The notes below the pieces were generated by a model that saw only the letters and a list, made by a program, of their open reading frames with translations, ran no database searches and had not been told where the DNA came from. From Epiperipatus broadwayi (taxonomy: Eukaryota > Animalia > Onychophora), in contig JAQFVV010000011.1 in assembly GCA_028023455.1 (NCBI GenBank), forward strand, positions 310,001-374,000: 64,000 bases of DNA, in the 5' to 3' direction. The translations under genes and the position numbers were made by a program. Below are positions 51,578-63,594 of the stretch, piece by piece; position 1 is the stretch's first letter; each line of letters begins with the position of its first letter.

Positions 51578-52333
51578 TAGTGTGTTATTGTTAACATCTA
51601 GATGTATAAATAAAGTTTGAGTTTTTAAAAAAACATTTAACAATTCAAACTAGATAATGAAAATAGTCCAACATATGATCACAAATGAAATTCCACTAAC
51701 ATAAATCTTCAGAAGTCGTTGCTAAAATATATTTCTTCAGTTATTTACATGGATAATTCTTCACAGCCATTTATTTACATAAGTGTGTGTGTGTATATAT
51801 ATAATTGAATCAATGAACTTTTAAAGCACTAGCTGTATTGACATAATATCTTGTAGTAACCTACATTTTAAAAAAAATGTCCCTTTATGATTTAGTGCAA
51901 TGGTAAAATGGTGGATATTGGATCATAGATTCCATGAATTGATGCTCTAAATCTATCACATCTGGTCTCAAACTTTTTAAAAATTCCAAATTAATAAACC
52001 ATTTGATTATTATTACTGTGAGATATAGATTAAGCAATGGTATTTTTATTAGTATTAATGTTAAATCGGTGTACTCACAACTTTGCATTCACAAGGTAAA
52101 ACGTCTGCTCATTTTTATAATCTTGCAAATAAATACGAAATTCAAATATTAATTGGATATTTTATATATGTAATTGTAAAATCAGTTGCTTGGTAGATCA
52201 TGTATTTTTTATGTATCAAAGGCAATAATAGTTAAGCATAACAGTTTAATTATATTGAATAAAACTGTTTTGTTTTTTTTACTAAGTAATAACTTATTAT
52301 ATCTACTTTATATAACAGACTTTTTTTTTGTAG

Positions 52334-52522
52334 GTGACAGGTGTTGCAATTTTGGCTGTAGGAATATGGGTCAAAATATCATTATATCGCTTCATGGAAC
52401 TTTCAACAGATTATTATACTCAGGCTCCTTATATTTTGATTGGAACTGGGGCAGTTATTGTTGTTGTTGGATCACTAGGATGTTGTTGTACAGTTAAAGG
52501 AAGTCCCTTTCTTCTTTATATG
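52334..52522 (+). CDS. Internal exon of a tetraspanin (TSPAN6/7-like), covering TM1, the small extracellular loop, TM2 and the intracellular loop
   Basis: Polypyrimidine tract-tag acceptor, ATG|gtaag donor, 189 bp, phase 0/0. VTGVAILAVGIWVK..APYILIGTGAVIVVVGSLGCCCTVKGSPFLLYM resembles vertebrate TSPAN7 exon 2 (from memory). Confidence 0.92.
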
Positions 52523-52929
52523 GTAAGATTAATATGAATATTGCTAATCAGATATTGCTTATAATTTAAAACTACTTATCCTTAAAATGGATGAATAACT
52601 AAATATTTGCTTGAATATATATACAGATAAATTAACATTTTAAATTTCAGGTTCCAAGGCAGAAGAATTGTAAATTTTTCATATTTTAATATGTAATTCT
52701 TTTTGCTTCATTATAAACACAAAATTGTCCAAAAATTTAAATAAATATTAATTTGATCTGCATATTTTTGCATATTGCATTTTATTAATAGCAATATAAT
52801 AGTTTAAAATACTGCAGTAAAACTATAAATTAAAACCCTACTATGTTATTTTGTCCCATAATAAAATTTTTGATCCAGTAGGTATTCAATTACTGGCAGT
52901 TTACCTATATATACGTATATGTTTCAAAC

Positions 52930-53600
52930 AAAACATCTCATGATTATTAGTAATTTTCTTTCAATTTCACTATGTTTATGCCATCTAGTGTAAGCTTTGG
53001 TAATCAGTAGATGCCAGATAATAGTGTAATAAATTCTCATCCAGTGTTGTCCAATTCAGTACCCTCAGATTAGTTTCTAGCTTTGGGCTTTCATTAATGA
53101 GGAGATTTTTGGATTCTTGAATAGTGCAAATTGAACAGCCCAAATTGAAAACCTGTAAATTTTTTCAATCTAAGCCAATTTACTTGCATAGGATCTGAAT
53201 CCAGTTCAGTTTCTATATTAAATTTATGGTGATCTTAGTTTTTTAGTAACCTTAGACATCTTTACTCTTTGGCCAAAATTAGTGTTAAACCAATATGACA
53301 TCACATGATCACTTGTTTTTTGCTTACATATTTTTTCTATTTAATAGCAGAAGAGAAAAAAGTAGATGCTAGAGAAAAGGTACATTATATCCAAAAGGTC
53401 TAAGCCCACTGTTCAAAAATCCAAAAGCTAGAAACTGCTTTGGGGATATTTGGATGGGATAGCACTGGTAAAGCATTTACTACTACCTAGTGTCTACTGA
53501 TTACTAATAATTACATTAGATGATAAAGTAGTGAATTGAAAGAAAATTGCTAATAGTTAGCAAAAATGTGTAAGCAGAAGATCATGTAATCTTTTGCAGA
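52930..53600. mobile_element. Family A2 inverted pair with decayed HHRs
   Basis: 52940-53100 is the reverse complement of 53420-53570; the cores read TTAATGA AAGC ccaaa GCT a GAAACTAATC and ..AAGCTA GAAACTGCTT tgggga. Confidence 0.7.
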
Positions 53601-56455
53601 TCATGCGATGTCCTATTGGTTTAAAGCAACCCAATAGTTTTTCAGTCCAATCTTCATCAGTTGCAATTGCTGCATTAATTTACTTTATTTAGTCAACTCC
53701 ATTCCAGGCTTGATATATGGGTACAAATTCAATACTCCTCAATAAAAAAAGCATAGCTGAGGATTTGAATATGGCATTATCATCGAATGACCGATGATTA
53801 CTAAAACTTAAAATAGGTAGTTCTAGAATAACTACAGTGAATTTTTTTATTATTAATAAAATATGAATTGCAGCAAGATTTGAAGTTGACACAGATGTAT
53901 GTTTGGCTTTTTTTTCAGAAATGTCTATCTCTCTTCAATTTAAGTATAAATAAGGATTAATAAAACACAGAAGATAATTAGTAGAACAAATTTAATGGAA
54001 AATTATTATAAATGCTATTTTTTAAAATATATACATAGGGATTCTATTAACAAATGAAAGAAAATTCTTAATTTAAATAATAAGAAATATAACATATAAA
54101 TCAAAATGATCAAGCCTGCTCCATACTATTTTTATGAAATCATTATAATCTTTTTTATATATTTTGTACTTATCAAAGAACCAATTAAATGTTTTCATTA
54201 AGACTTGCATGAATTTTGAAAAAATTAAAATCTTAATATGTATTAAGTCAATGCAGAATATTCTAAGCAAAACTCAGAAGTAAATAAACTTTAAAAAATT
54301 AATAATAAATTATAACTGAATAATTAGTTGCTCAAAAGGTCATATGACATTGGAATGACACATTGAGTTTTGAATCAGATAGCTTTAGTTCTTGATGCCC
54401 ATCATTGCATAACTGTGCTAAATGCATGAGGTATAAAAGCTCATAAAAAGGTAGCAAAAAATTTATTGAAAGTAAAAAAAAAAATCGTACTTTGTACATA
54501 CATTTCTGTATCCATTCTCACAACTACTGAAGCTTCAAAATGGATTCTTTTTTATAATTTTAAATATTATTACAAACTGCAAAAAAAAATGTACCCATTT
54601 ATGATGTCCATCTGTGCTTTATAATATACTTTCCTAAATAATACTAAATAGTAGATTAAAATCTTCATAGAAAAGATGTATTTAATATTTTTAGTAAGAA
54701 TTCCTGATAATTCTGGATATTTTCTTTTAGAAATATTCAGAAATGTGAGTGATGTTCTCATTAGGTGTGAGGAAATAATAGAAAATTCGCACACACACAC
54801 ACAAAAGTGACCATTTTTATGGAAAATTAAATTAATATGTATAACAATCTGCATTACAGAAAAAGAAGATAATATCGAAAACATGCTCAACAATCTATTT
54901 AGATGTATGTAGCATATATATTTTCAAAGCATTAAACAAACTTTTATTAGGATACGCTTTGAATGTATTATTATTATTTATTGAATTACGTAAGGATAGT
55001 TATAGATTCTTTCTTATAAAATTGATAACAATATTAAAAAGGATAATAAAAATACAAATAATGCTTTGTAATCAATAAAGTTATTTGGGAAAATAAAAAA
55101 GATAATACTTCATTAAGCTTTAGTAAGAACAGTGCAATAAAGATAAAAATATTACACCTTTAAGCATCACATGATCACTATTTCCCATGCTCGCTCATAA
55201 AAATATATTGCTGTTAATTGGTCAATATTAATTAAATAGCATCTAAATTAGATGAAATAATTAAACAAAAAATTATAATTTTTATATCATAAAATGCTTC
55301 AGAACGATTGAAAATATTTTTGATAAGTTATTTTTCTTTTTATAAAACTAAACATTACCAAATTAACCATTTCCTTTATTTGGCTATATCGTATATACAT
55401 GTAATTTATTCACTGTACTTTAAACACTTTGCAGCAAAAACATAAGGTTGTGTATACATTCACGTACTATAAAAGGTTTTTGCTAAAAAGTGTTTAAAGT
55501 ACAACCGATAATTTGCATTTAAAACTAAACACGTAATTTCACCGAGTTAAAATTACAGTACTTTAAACTTTTTCACCGAATATTCAAAATGGTCTTTTTG
55601 CTACATCATAAATATCTATTTATGTATATAATTCTTTAAATCTTTAATAAATTTAATTTTTTATTGTTATTTTTTTAAACTGATCTTGTTAAGAATATTT
55701 TGAAGTTATTGATCATAATAGTGATTGTTTCAAGATTGATATAAAAGGTAACATAGTTAATGAGAAAGAGAACAATTATATAGAGTTACAATTGTTTTAA
55801 AAGTAATGGTAAAATTTGTAATTGTTTTTAAATGTAATACTTGAGATCTCCATATGATTAGATTCAAACTCGGAGTTAGTTAAATTAGGCCAACTTCTGA
55901 GTTTGAGTCTCTTTATATATAGATCTCAAGCATTTAAAATCCAACAAATTGTTATATAGAATTAAAATAAATATTTAAAAGCAGTAGTAAATTAAAATAC
56001 TAAAAGAATAATAACATCTACCATTCTTTAATCACAGGTATATTTTTCATTAGTCTGATTTCTAATGGCAAATCAGATGCGGATTTACACATTTCTTTTA
56101 TTACTAACTTCTAAACTTATCCTGAAAGGTATTATTCTCACTACTGTTAATAATTATTTCCAATTCTACTAACATTCAGTTACAAATCATAACATAAATC
56201 CAAATTCAATTTGTTTTCATTTTCTGATTCCAGTTGTATCCATTTATTATATGTATATACTTTGAATTTAATTAAAAAGTAGCATCTTGTTATTTAACTT
56301 ATAATATAAGTTATCCTGCAGTCATATTTACTTTTATTATATTATTTAAGCTTTGAGAATTTCAAATATTTCTAAGATTTTGAACTCTAGCTAATTTGCA
56401 TGTAAATCAGTGGCTATATACAGTTATATGATATATATGCAATTTTGAAGTTTTT

Positions 56456-56548
56456 TTTATATGTCAAAGCATCGGCCAGGAAGTGAACCCGCAAACCCGG
56501 GACAACGGCTTGTAAGACAGCTGTGCTGACCACTCGACCAATGCTTAA
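56456..56548 (-). mobile_element. tRNA-Gly-derived SINE (family C, TAC subtype)
   Basis: tRNA-like body, then tttgacatat-polyA. 16-bp TSD caattt(t/c)gaagttttt at 56440-56455 and 56549-56564. Confidence 0.85.
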
Positions 56549-59500
56549 CAATTTCGAAGTTTTTCCGGAATTATGGCTACAGTTAGCAAATGACTAAAGT
56601 CATAATATATATCGATTTTCTGTTACTCTTATATAATTTTACAATCAATTTATTTTTATATAAATCATATATAAACATGATATCTTAAGATATAGGAACT
56701 TTTAATTTGTTTAACTTGGTTGTATAAAACAGAGGTGTTCAGTCAGTCAATTGTAGCAGATTTATGGTAGAAACCCCCCCCCCATCAAAATTTAGAGAAA
56801 TTCATGCAATTATGTATTTTATAATCCTGATTTTGAAAAAATGCTATGACAGTACAACATCAAAAACCTTATTAATAATTACACTTTTAAATTTTATTAT
56901 AAATATTCATATTTCATTAGGCTTAATAAATGTTGGAATCACATAATAACATTGTATCTTTTTCCCACTATATAAACCAGAGGTTGCTCTACTAAGAAAA
57001 GTACTTTGCATATGCAAAACAGTTGAGCAGCCATAGCATAAAAGATAATGGGTGTTGGATGGATATGTGTATTCCACTGCCCTTTCTGACAAAGGTGTCA
57101 GAAACTAGTCAGTGATCTAGTTGACATTATTATTAAATATCTGTTGATTATTCATGCAAACATATGACAGAGGAAGTAATGCTCATTGTTAATATTTTCA
57201 TGATCTGTACATTTTCTATACTTAATAATATATTTTGATATTCAAATTTAAGACAGTAGATTGGTAATGAATAAATAAAAAATCTTATCTTGCTGATGAA
57301 ACCCAGACAGTGCAGTAATCTCATAACAGATCTGGTCTTCATCCCATGTTTAAATATTTTTTTAAAAACAATTTCACCATATAAAAGATTTAGTAATATT
57401 TTAAAGTAAATAGCATAAGGATATAAAATATACAAAACACAAGGTAGCAAAATCTATTTCTTCTACCGTGATTCTATAACTTGGCATAAATTTGAGTTAC
57501 CAAGAGTTTCCAAATGGTAGTGCTTCTTACATCTTTATCCAATGCTGTCCTGACAATATTTCAAAACAACCTTTGTCAGTGAGAAAGTGTTGAAGCTGGA
57601 TCTGGCAATTAGTTCTATTATCTTAGTGTGGTAAGACAACAATTTAAAAAATGAGTTGTTCCCTTTTTGAATGCCCAGAACAATATTACATATAACATAC
57701 TAGATACATTGCCTATATATTTATTTGTGTTTCTTATATAACTATGAATATATCTTTAATGATTTAAATAGTTTTTATGATACCAAATGGTTCAATAGGG
57801 TTAGAAAATCCTAATTAAACAATGACTTATACATGTTAGAGATGCTGTGAACGTCTGTATAGTAACATGTCAACATGTTATAAAATTGCTAGTTTTAGTT
57901 TTCATTTTATACGAAATTTATGTAAATATGAAGCAGATCACAAAGTGATGGTTCAAAATATAAACAGGAATCCATCCACTTCAGGTACTAAGGTTGATTA
58001 ACCAATATATTGAAAGATTAATAAGAGCATTGGATTCAGATTCCACATATTGCAAAAGTAAATAGCAGACTTCATTTTATTACAAACTGTAATGTCTGTT
58101 TTAAATATATGCCATCCCTGTATAAAATACTTTCCAAGGATAAATTAATGAATTATAATAAACTTCAAGTTATCTTTACTCTCCCATAACATAAAGTGAG
58201 CTGGTATATTTGATGAGAAACAAACAAAAAAAAACTAATCTTAAAAGTAGATTACTACAACATCTATATATGTGTAATAGGACAAAAAAGGATGAAACAC
58301 AGGTGTCAATATTTCATGAAAATGAGAAGGGTATGTGAACCAATTAAGATTGAAGATGTTTGTATGAAGAAGAATGATTGGGAGATGTAAGATTAAATAA
58401 TCTTAGTTCTTTAATCAAAAAATGTGTAGTTTGTATTTATTAGCTTTGGTAAATATGCACTGCAGCTAAAACTGGTTTAATCTATAAACTTTTGAATTGA
58501 TCATTTCATAATCACCATTCAGTCTAAAAATTAAATTGAACAAATAATTATTATATTACAACTTGTATTTATATTATTTTGATTTATTTATAATAGGAAT
58601 ATTATGCCTGTGTGTATAGATGTATAGATATAATGTTCGCACTAGGCAGGCTATATCCCAATTGCACTGAATGTTATCTTTTGATATTATCATTCATGAT
58701 GATTGGTAATTTAGATGATTATAGAATTATTAAAAGAATGACAAAGATGATGATTCATTATTACCAGAGATAATGAAATTAACACTAATTTTATTACAGT
58801 AGTAGGAAAAAAGACAGAAAATGGCAAAGGTAGCAAAAGTTAAAATAGTAATACAAAATGATTACAAGGTTGATGCATAATGAGATGAAAAGATGAGAAT
58901 AATAATGCACAGTGAATAAAGTGTTTATAAAAAAGAATATTATTCCCTGCACACGAAGATAAAGTGGTGGTCTTTAAAGCTAAAGGTTTACAAGTTTCAT
59001 GAATCGCAGCCTGGCTCTGGCACTTCTAATGTTTCAATGTCATGTGACCGATCAAATAACAAATGCTAGTATTCATTATTATTTTATTTTTTTAAAAAAA
59101 TACTGTAACATGATTATGATGTTCAGCATCGATAAAACTGGAACATTGTTTATTTTAAACATTATATACTTTATAAAACATATATATATATGCACAATTT
59201 TCTTACTTGTAGCATTTGTTAATATGGTCACTTTTTTGTTCCTTTACTAATACAAATAAAGAATTAAAGAGAACATATTATCAAGTTTATCAAAAGTATA
59301 AAATGTAAAATGGTAATATGAAATATTATTTGTATCCCAAAACAAAAGTAAAATTATCATAACTAATTGATACTCACATCTTAGTTTTCATAAGCTTAAA
59401 ATCTGTAAAATATAAGGAATTCTACTAAATTCACATATATAAAAATAAAAGTCTTTAAATTGCTCTCTACAAAATAGGAGTTTTTCCAAGAGCTTTCCAT

Positions 59501-60195
59501 AGATGGTTGGTGACTGAAAAGTTATTACCAGATTTTTTAATTACGGATAGTGAGCTTTGAATGGTTTCACATCCTTGTTTGATGCTTTATGTAGGGAATA
59601 GCTTGATCCCATTTACCTATCAATATTAGCCCAACATACATACCTATGTAATAAAGCTAGAACAAATACAAATACACATTCAATATTTTTTTGAACCTTA
59701 TTCTTCAACTGGTCACCCCTTTGTTCCTTCATCTCTTAACATCATGTGCAATGGAAGCAGTGACTTTAAATGAAAAATTAAAGAGGCATAACATATCTCA
59801 GGTGAGAAAAACTATCAACAGAAAAGAATCATGTGTGTCCCTCCCAAAAAGATAGCTTATTCTCCCTAATTAATTTTCATATTTAAATTTTATGTAAATT
59901 AATGATAACATCATATATGTATACATCCATTCCTACTTTTCAATTTATGCTATAGCTATGACTTGTAATAATCAAAATTCAGTGAAGCACATACTGTTTA
60001 AAAAATAAAAGTAGAAACAGACTTTATGAAAGCTTTTTTCTACATGGTCTTCATATATTTATGATTCTATCAATATTGTATTATAATTTGGGTCAAATAT
60101 ATGAAAGAAAAATTTTAAACTTTTTGGAACCTGAAAAAAAGTCTTGTTTTACTTGGCTGTGATTGAATTCAAATTAAGTTGATATACTAAATCTT

Positions 60196-60552
60196 TACAT
60201 CACATGATCATCATCTCTATATATGCTGAATTGAGTTCAGACCCATATGACTATATAAACTATTGAGCTTAGATTGAAAATATTATTGTGTTTTCAATTT
60301 CATTCTCAAAGTTTTGTAGTAAAGTAGAATTAAAAGGTGGCTGCTGGAGGGTTGCATTAGATCCTAAGATCTAGGTGCAGTGCTCTCAGATCCAAGGCTC
60401 CTCACTGATGATGGCCACAGGCCAGAAACTAGTCTGGGGATATTGGATGAGTAGGCACTAGATAGGGATTTTATGCACAAGCCTTTTGGCATCTATTGAT
60501 TACTCTGGTTAGCACAGTGTGGCACTATGGTATGGAGAGTTTTGCCATTGTA
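60196..60552 (+). mobile_element. Family A HHR element preceded by an inverted tail
   Basis: Close match to 6880-7205. The inverted catcacatgatcatcatctc is at 60198-60217, and there is a 10-bp TSD actaaatctt (60186-60195, 60553-60562). Confidence 0.9.
60400..60439 (+). ncRNA. Minimal type I hammerhead ribozyme, family A
   Basis: cctca CTGATGA TGGCC aca GGCCA GAAA C ta G TC | tgggg. Stem II is fully paired and differs in sequence from the 7055 copy. Confidence 0.88.
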
Positions 60553-60699
60553 ACTAAATCTTATAATAGAAAGCTCAATGTATCTACTTAGGAACTTGAA
60601 TATTGATTTGTAATATTAATACGCCTCATTGGTCTTTGATGTTTTTAATAGTGCTCCAATATACATTTAATTTTACCATATAAAAAGCTATAATTTATA

Positions 60700-60875
60700 T
60701 TCTGATGGTTTTCTGAAGGTTTGTGATGATGGAATTTTAGTTGTATTTATATATTGGACTATTTCCACCATCTAATATAAGTATTGAATGTCTTTAGAAA
60801 AATTTAACTTGCTTTATTGAGTATTCAATACTTATATTAGATTATGGAAATAGTCCAATATATAAATATACTAAT
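60700..60875. mobile_element. Fold-back of the family E tail
   Basis: tatttatatattggactatttcc..tctaatataagtattgaat and attcaatacttatattaga..ggaaatagtccaatatataaata form an inverted pair. Confidence 0.8.
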
Positions 60876-61249
60876 AATATATATATTAATATTTATTGGT
60901 TTTCTATCTTTTTAAGTGTCATATGCAGTATGCATTAACAATTATAGTTAAATGAGTTATTGCTTGGAAGCTCATGTTACTATTTGAGCTTTGCAAAAAA
61001 GATGCAATTGATCTTTGATTCAGGTATCTTATTCGATCACTGCACAGACTAATAGGTAAAGTGATGAATACAAGAGTTAACATTTCATAATTTATTTCCA
61101 GATGAAAGAAAAAAAAAGTACTTTGAATGAATACCAAGCTTATTATTTTGATTCTTGAATTGACTTTCTAAATAACATACAATTATTTTAGCTATTGTAT
61201 TAAAAAAATTATTTCAAACTATTTTAATATTTAAAAATCCAATCCATAT

Positions 61250-61345
61250 GCTTACAGTTTCAACTGATCTAGAATCTTAATAAGAGTTGATTTTTAAGTT
61301 TAGAAATGATCTGAGGATTACTTTAGATTAGTCGAAACTGTAAGC
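61250..61345. mobile_element. Small fold-back containing an HHR-like core (family I-like)
   Basis: CTGAGGA t tact ttagatt AGTC GAAAC TGTA (61311-61342), with an inverted partial copy gcttacagtttcaactgatctagaatc (61250-61276). Confidence 0.55.
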
Positions 61346-62508
61346 AATTAAGTGCTATAATTAAAGGTATTGAATTCAAGTGCATAAAAATTGTTTTTTT
61401 TTAGATGTTGAATTCTTGTTACAATAATGCAAGAAAAGATTAGGAGTTTTTTAAAAATAGGATATATATTTTAATAATTATTTATAGTCATGTGACATGT
61501 TCTTTCAATTCGGCCATCAAAGTAATGATGAGTTCGGGGCAGTTAGTCCTGCACAAATGACTAAAGTAATATGATTTTTCTATTTTTATTAACTAGAAAT
61601 TACTAATGAACTTTTAATTCTTCAATTGCTTTTGCATAATGGTTAATATCAATTCATGTTAAGAAATCATTTGGAAATTAAATTAAAATTCATGTATTCA
61701 GTCATTATTTGTATTAGTTCATCATATAGTAGCTCTGGAATATTAAAGTGATTAAAGTGTAAGATGCTGAAAGAATATGAAATGAATTATTTTAGAAAAA
61801 GAAATAAATATACACAATGTCTCTAGATACTCTAGGAAGAAAAGATAATTGATGACAGTGAGAAAGTTTGTTGAACCATTTTAGAAGTTTATGAAGGTAT
61901 TAGAAAAACATATGTAGACATATACATTCAGTTTCTTTTTTTTTAAAGCATAAATTTAAAGTGTTTATGTTTTTTTTTTTTTTGTAATTGTTATCTAGAA
62001 AGTGAAGAATATCTTTAACAGTTTATAAATATTGTTTTTAAAAAAATGAAATTCAATACTTTTCTTTCTAGGAATCCTGATAGAAAATCCTTGAAATATT
62101 TTTGTATAAAAACAAATCTCTGTACTTTTTTATTTGCTTGAAACAGCTGCATATGACAAATATTCTATCTTTTAACTGATTAAAAAAAAAAAAAAGTTTT
62201 AATATTAATTGCAATGTAAGAGTATTTTCATCTTACAGAGTAAATCTTACCATTCATCATTATTTTTCAAACATACGTGTATATGTCAGTAACTAAATAT
62301 ACATATGTTGAGTTAAAAATAACCCTTTAGTTCTGTAAGATATAAAAATTCTTCAGCTTTTAAGCGAATTGAATGATCTGTAGGAGATTTTTCTAACAAG
62401 AAATATTGTAAAATGCAAGTCTCAGATAGCTTGATACAAAATGAGAGATACGCCCAAGAAAAAAAAAAGAAGGCTGTTGGATAACATTAAGAAACAAAAT
62501 GGGACTAG

Positions 62509-62601
62509 TCAATGCATTGTTAGCCTAGTGGCTAGCATAGCTGCCTTCCAAGCAGCTGGCCTGGGTTCACTTCCTGGTCAACGCATTTGACATATGAAAA
62601 A
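62509..62601 (+). mobile_element. tRNA-Gly(TCC)-derived SINE or retrocopy (family C)
   Basis: TCC anticodon arm, tail tttgacatatg-polyA, and a 13-bp TSD aaaatgggactag (62496-62508, 62602-62614). Confidence 0.88.
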
Positions 62602-63126
62602 AAAATGGGACTAGAAGAATGAAAAGATTTTTGATCTGAGTAAAATAGAGGAAATTGTATTTGTTGACATGAATTTTTGAGTTTTGTAGTGCTAATATTA
62701 ATAACAGTGTCACTCATCTTTCCCATACACTTGCTTATATGATTCCTAAATCAATTATTTTCACCCTAATATAGATTTATCTACTGTAAGCTTGAATAAC
62801 CATTGAACATCAGATAGAATAATGCTACAATATCTATTTCACATTGTTTTTGTTTCATTCAAGAGGAATCGAGTCTAAAACTTCTAATCTTTGACAAAGA
62901 CAAAAGGCAGAAAATATTTGGGAATAGGATATACCATTTGGTATTAATTGATTATACAATAATTCTACAGTAAGGAAAAAAGATTAATAGTGCTAGAGAA
63001 GAAAACCTCGAGCAGAATAAATTTACATTTTTTCTTCTGATTATTTTTAGAAAATATATATTACTTATAATAACTCTTCTCATATATATTTCAATGCAAA
63101 ACTTTTTTTTAATAAAACTTTATTTT

Positions 63127-63165
63127 CCTGACAGTTTTGACTGTCTAGTAGTCTTCATCAGAGCT
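63127..63165 (-). ncRNA. Degenerate HHR-like core, family I
   Basis: ct CTGATGA a GACT actagac AGTC AAAA C tG TC | ag, with G12 changed to A at a CpG. Confidence 0.5.
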
Positions 63166-63594
63166 TTCTCAATTTTCTTCTACCTTAAATTTTAAGATGT
63201 TGAATATAAATAAAAAAATTATAATTAGTGTTTTTACTTGTAGGTTGAATTGATTAATTTTGAATTATTTTATGTATCTAGTTTAATGTTAACGTCCATT
63301 TTAATTAATACTTATCTTGTAATATATACAGAAAGAAATCAATCTTTTCACCATATGCTGTTCATTCAATGTGAGCTTAGATTTAAAAATTCCACACAAA
63401 AAAGCTTATATTGCTTGCTGAATAATATTCTATATCAATGTTATTAAAAGTTTAAATTTTCCATCTTGGATATTTTAATGCGTACGTTGATAGGAACAGT
63501 AAATTTTAGCCCAAAGTGTTTGAAAACAATAGTTTTGCTTTGTGAATGTAAAGGATATGAAGTTATTAAATTTATGCATAACACATGGATCATC

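Noticed and set aside
53625-53800. CTGATGA (minus, ~53655) and CTGAGGA (plus, ~53757) candidates
   Set aside because: At most a 2-bp stem II, and no valid stem III or stem I.
55410-55930. Small hairpins at ~55411-55503 and ~55843-55927
   Set aside because: Real but short imperfect inverted repeats with no TSD, family link or ribozyme motif identified.
57540-57640. Possible next tetraspanin exon ending at gtg|gtaagac
   Set aside because: The frames have stops or no tetraspanin TM3 similarity.
41448-62601. Family C copies as functional tRNA-Gly genes
   Set aside because: PolyA tails, TSDs and D/T-arm mismatches indicate retrocopies.
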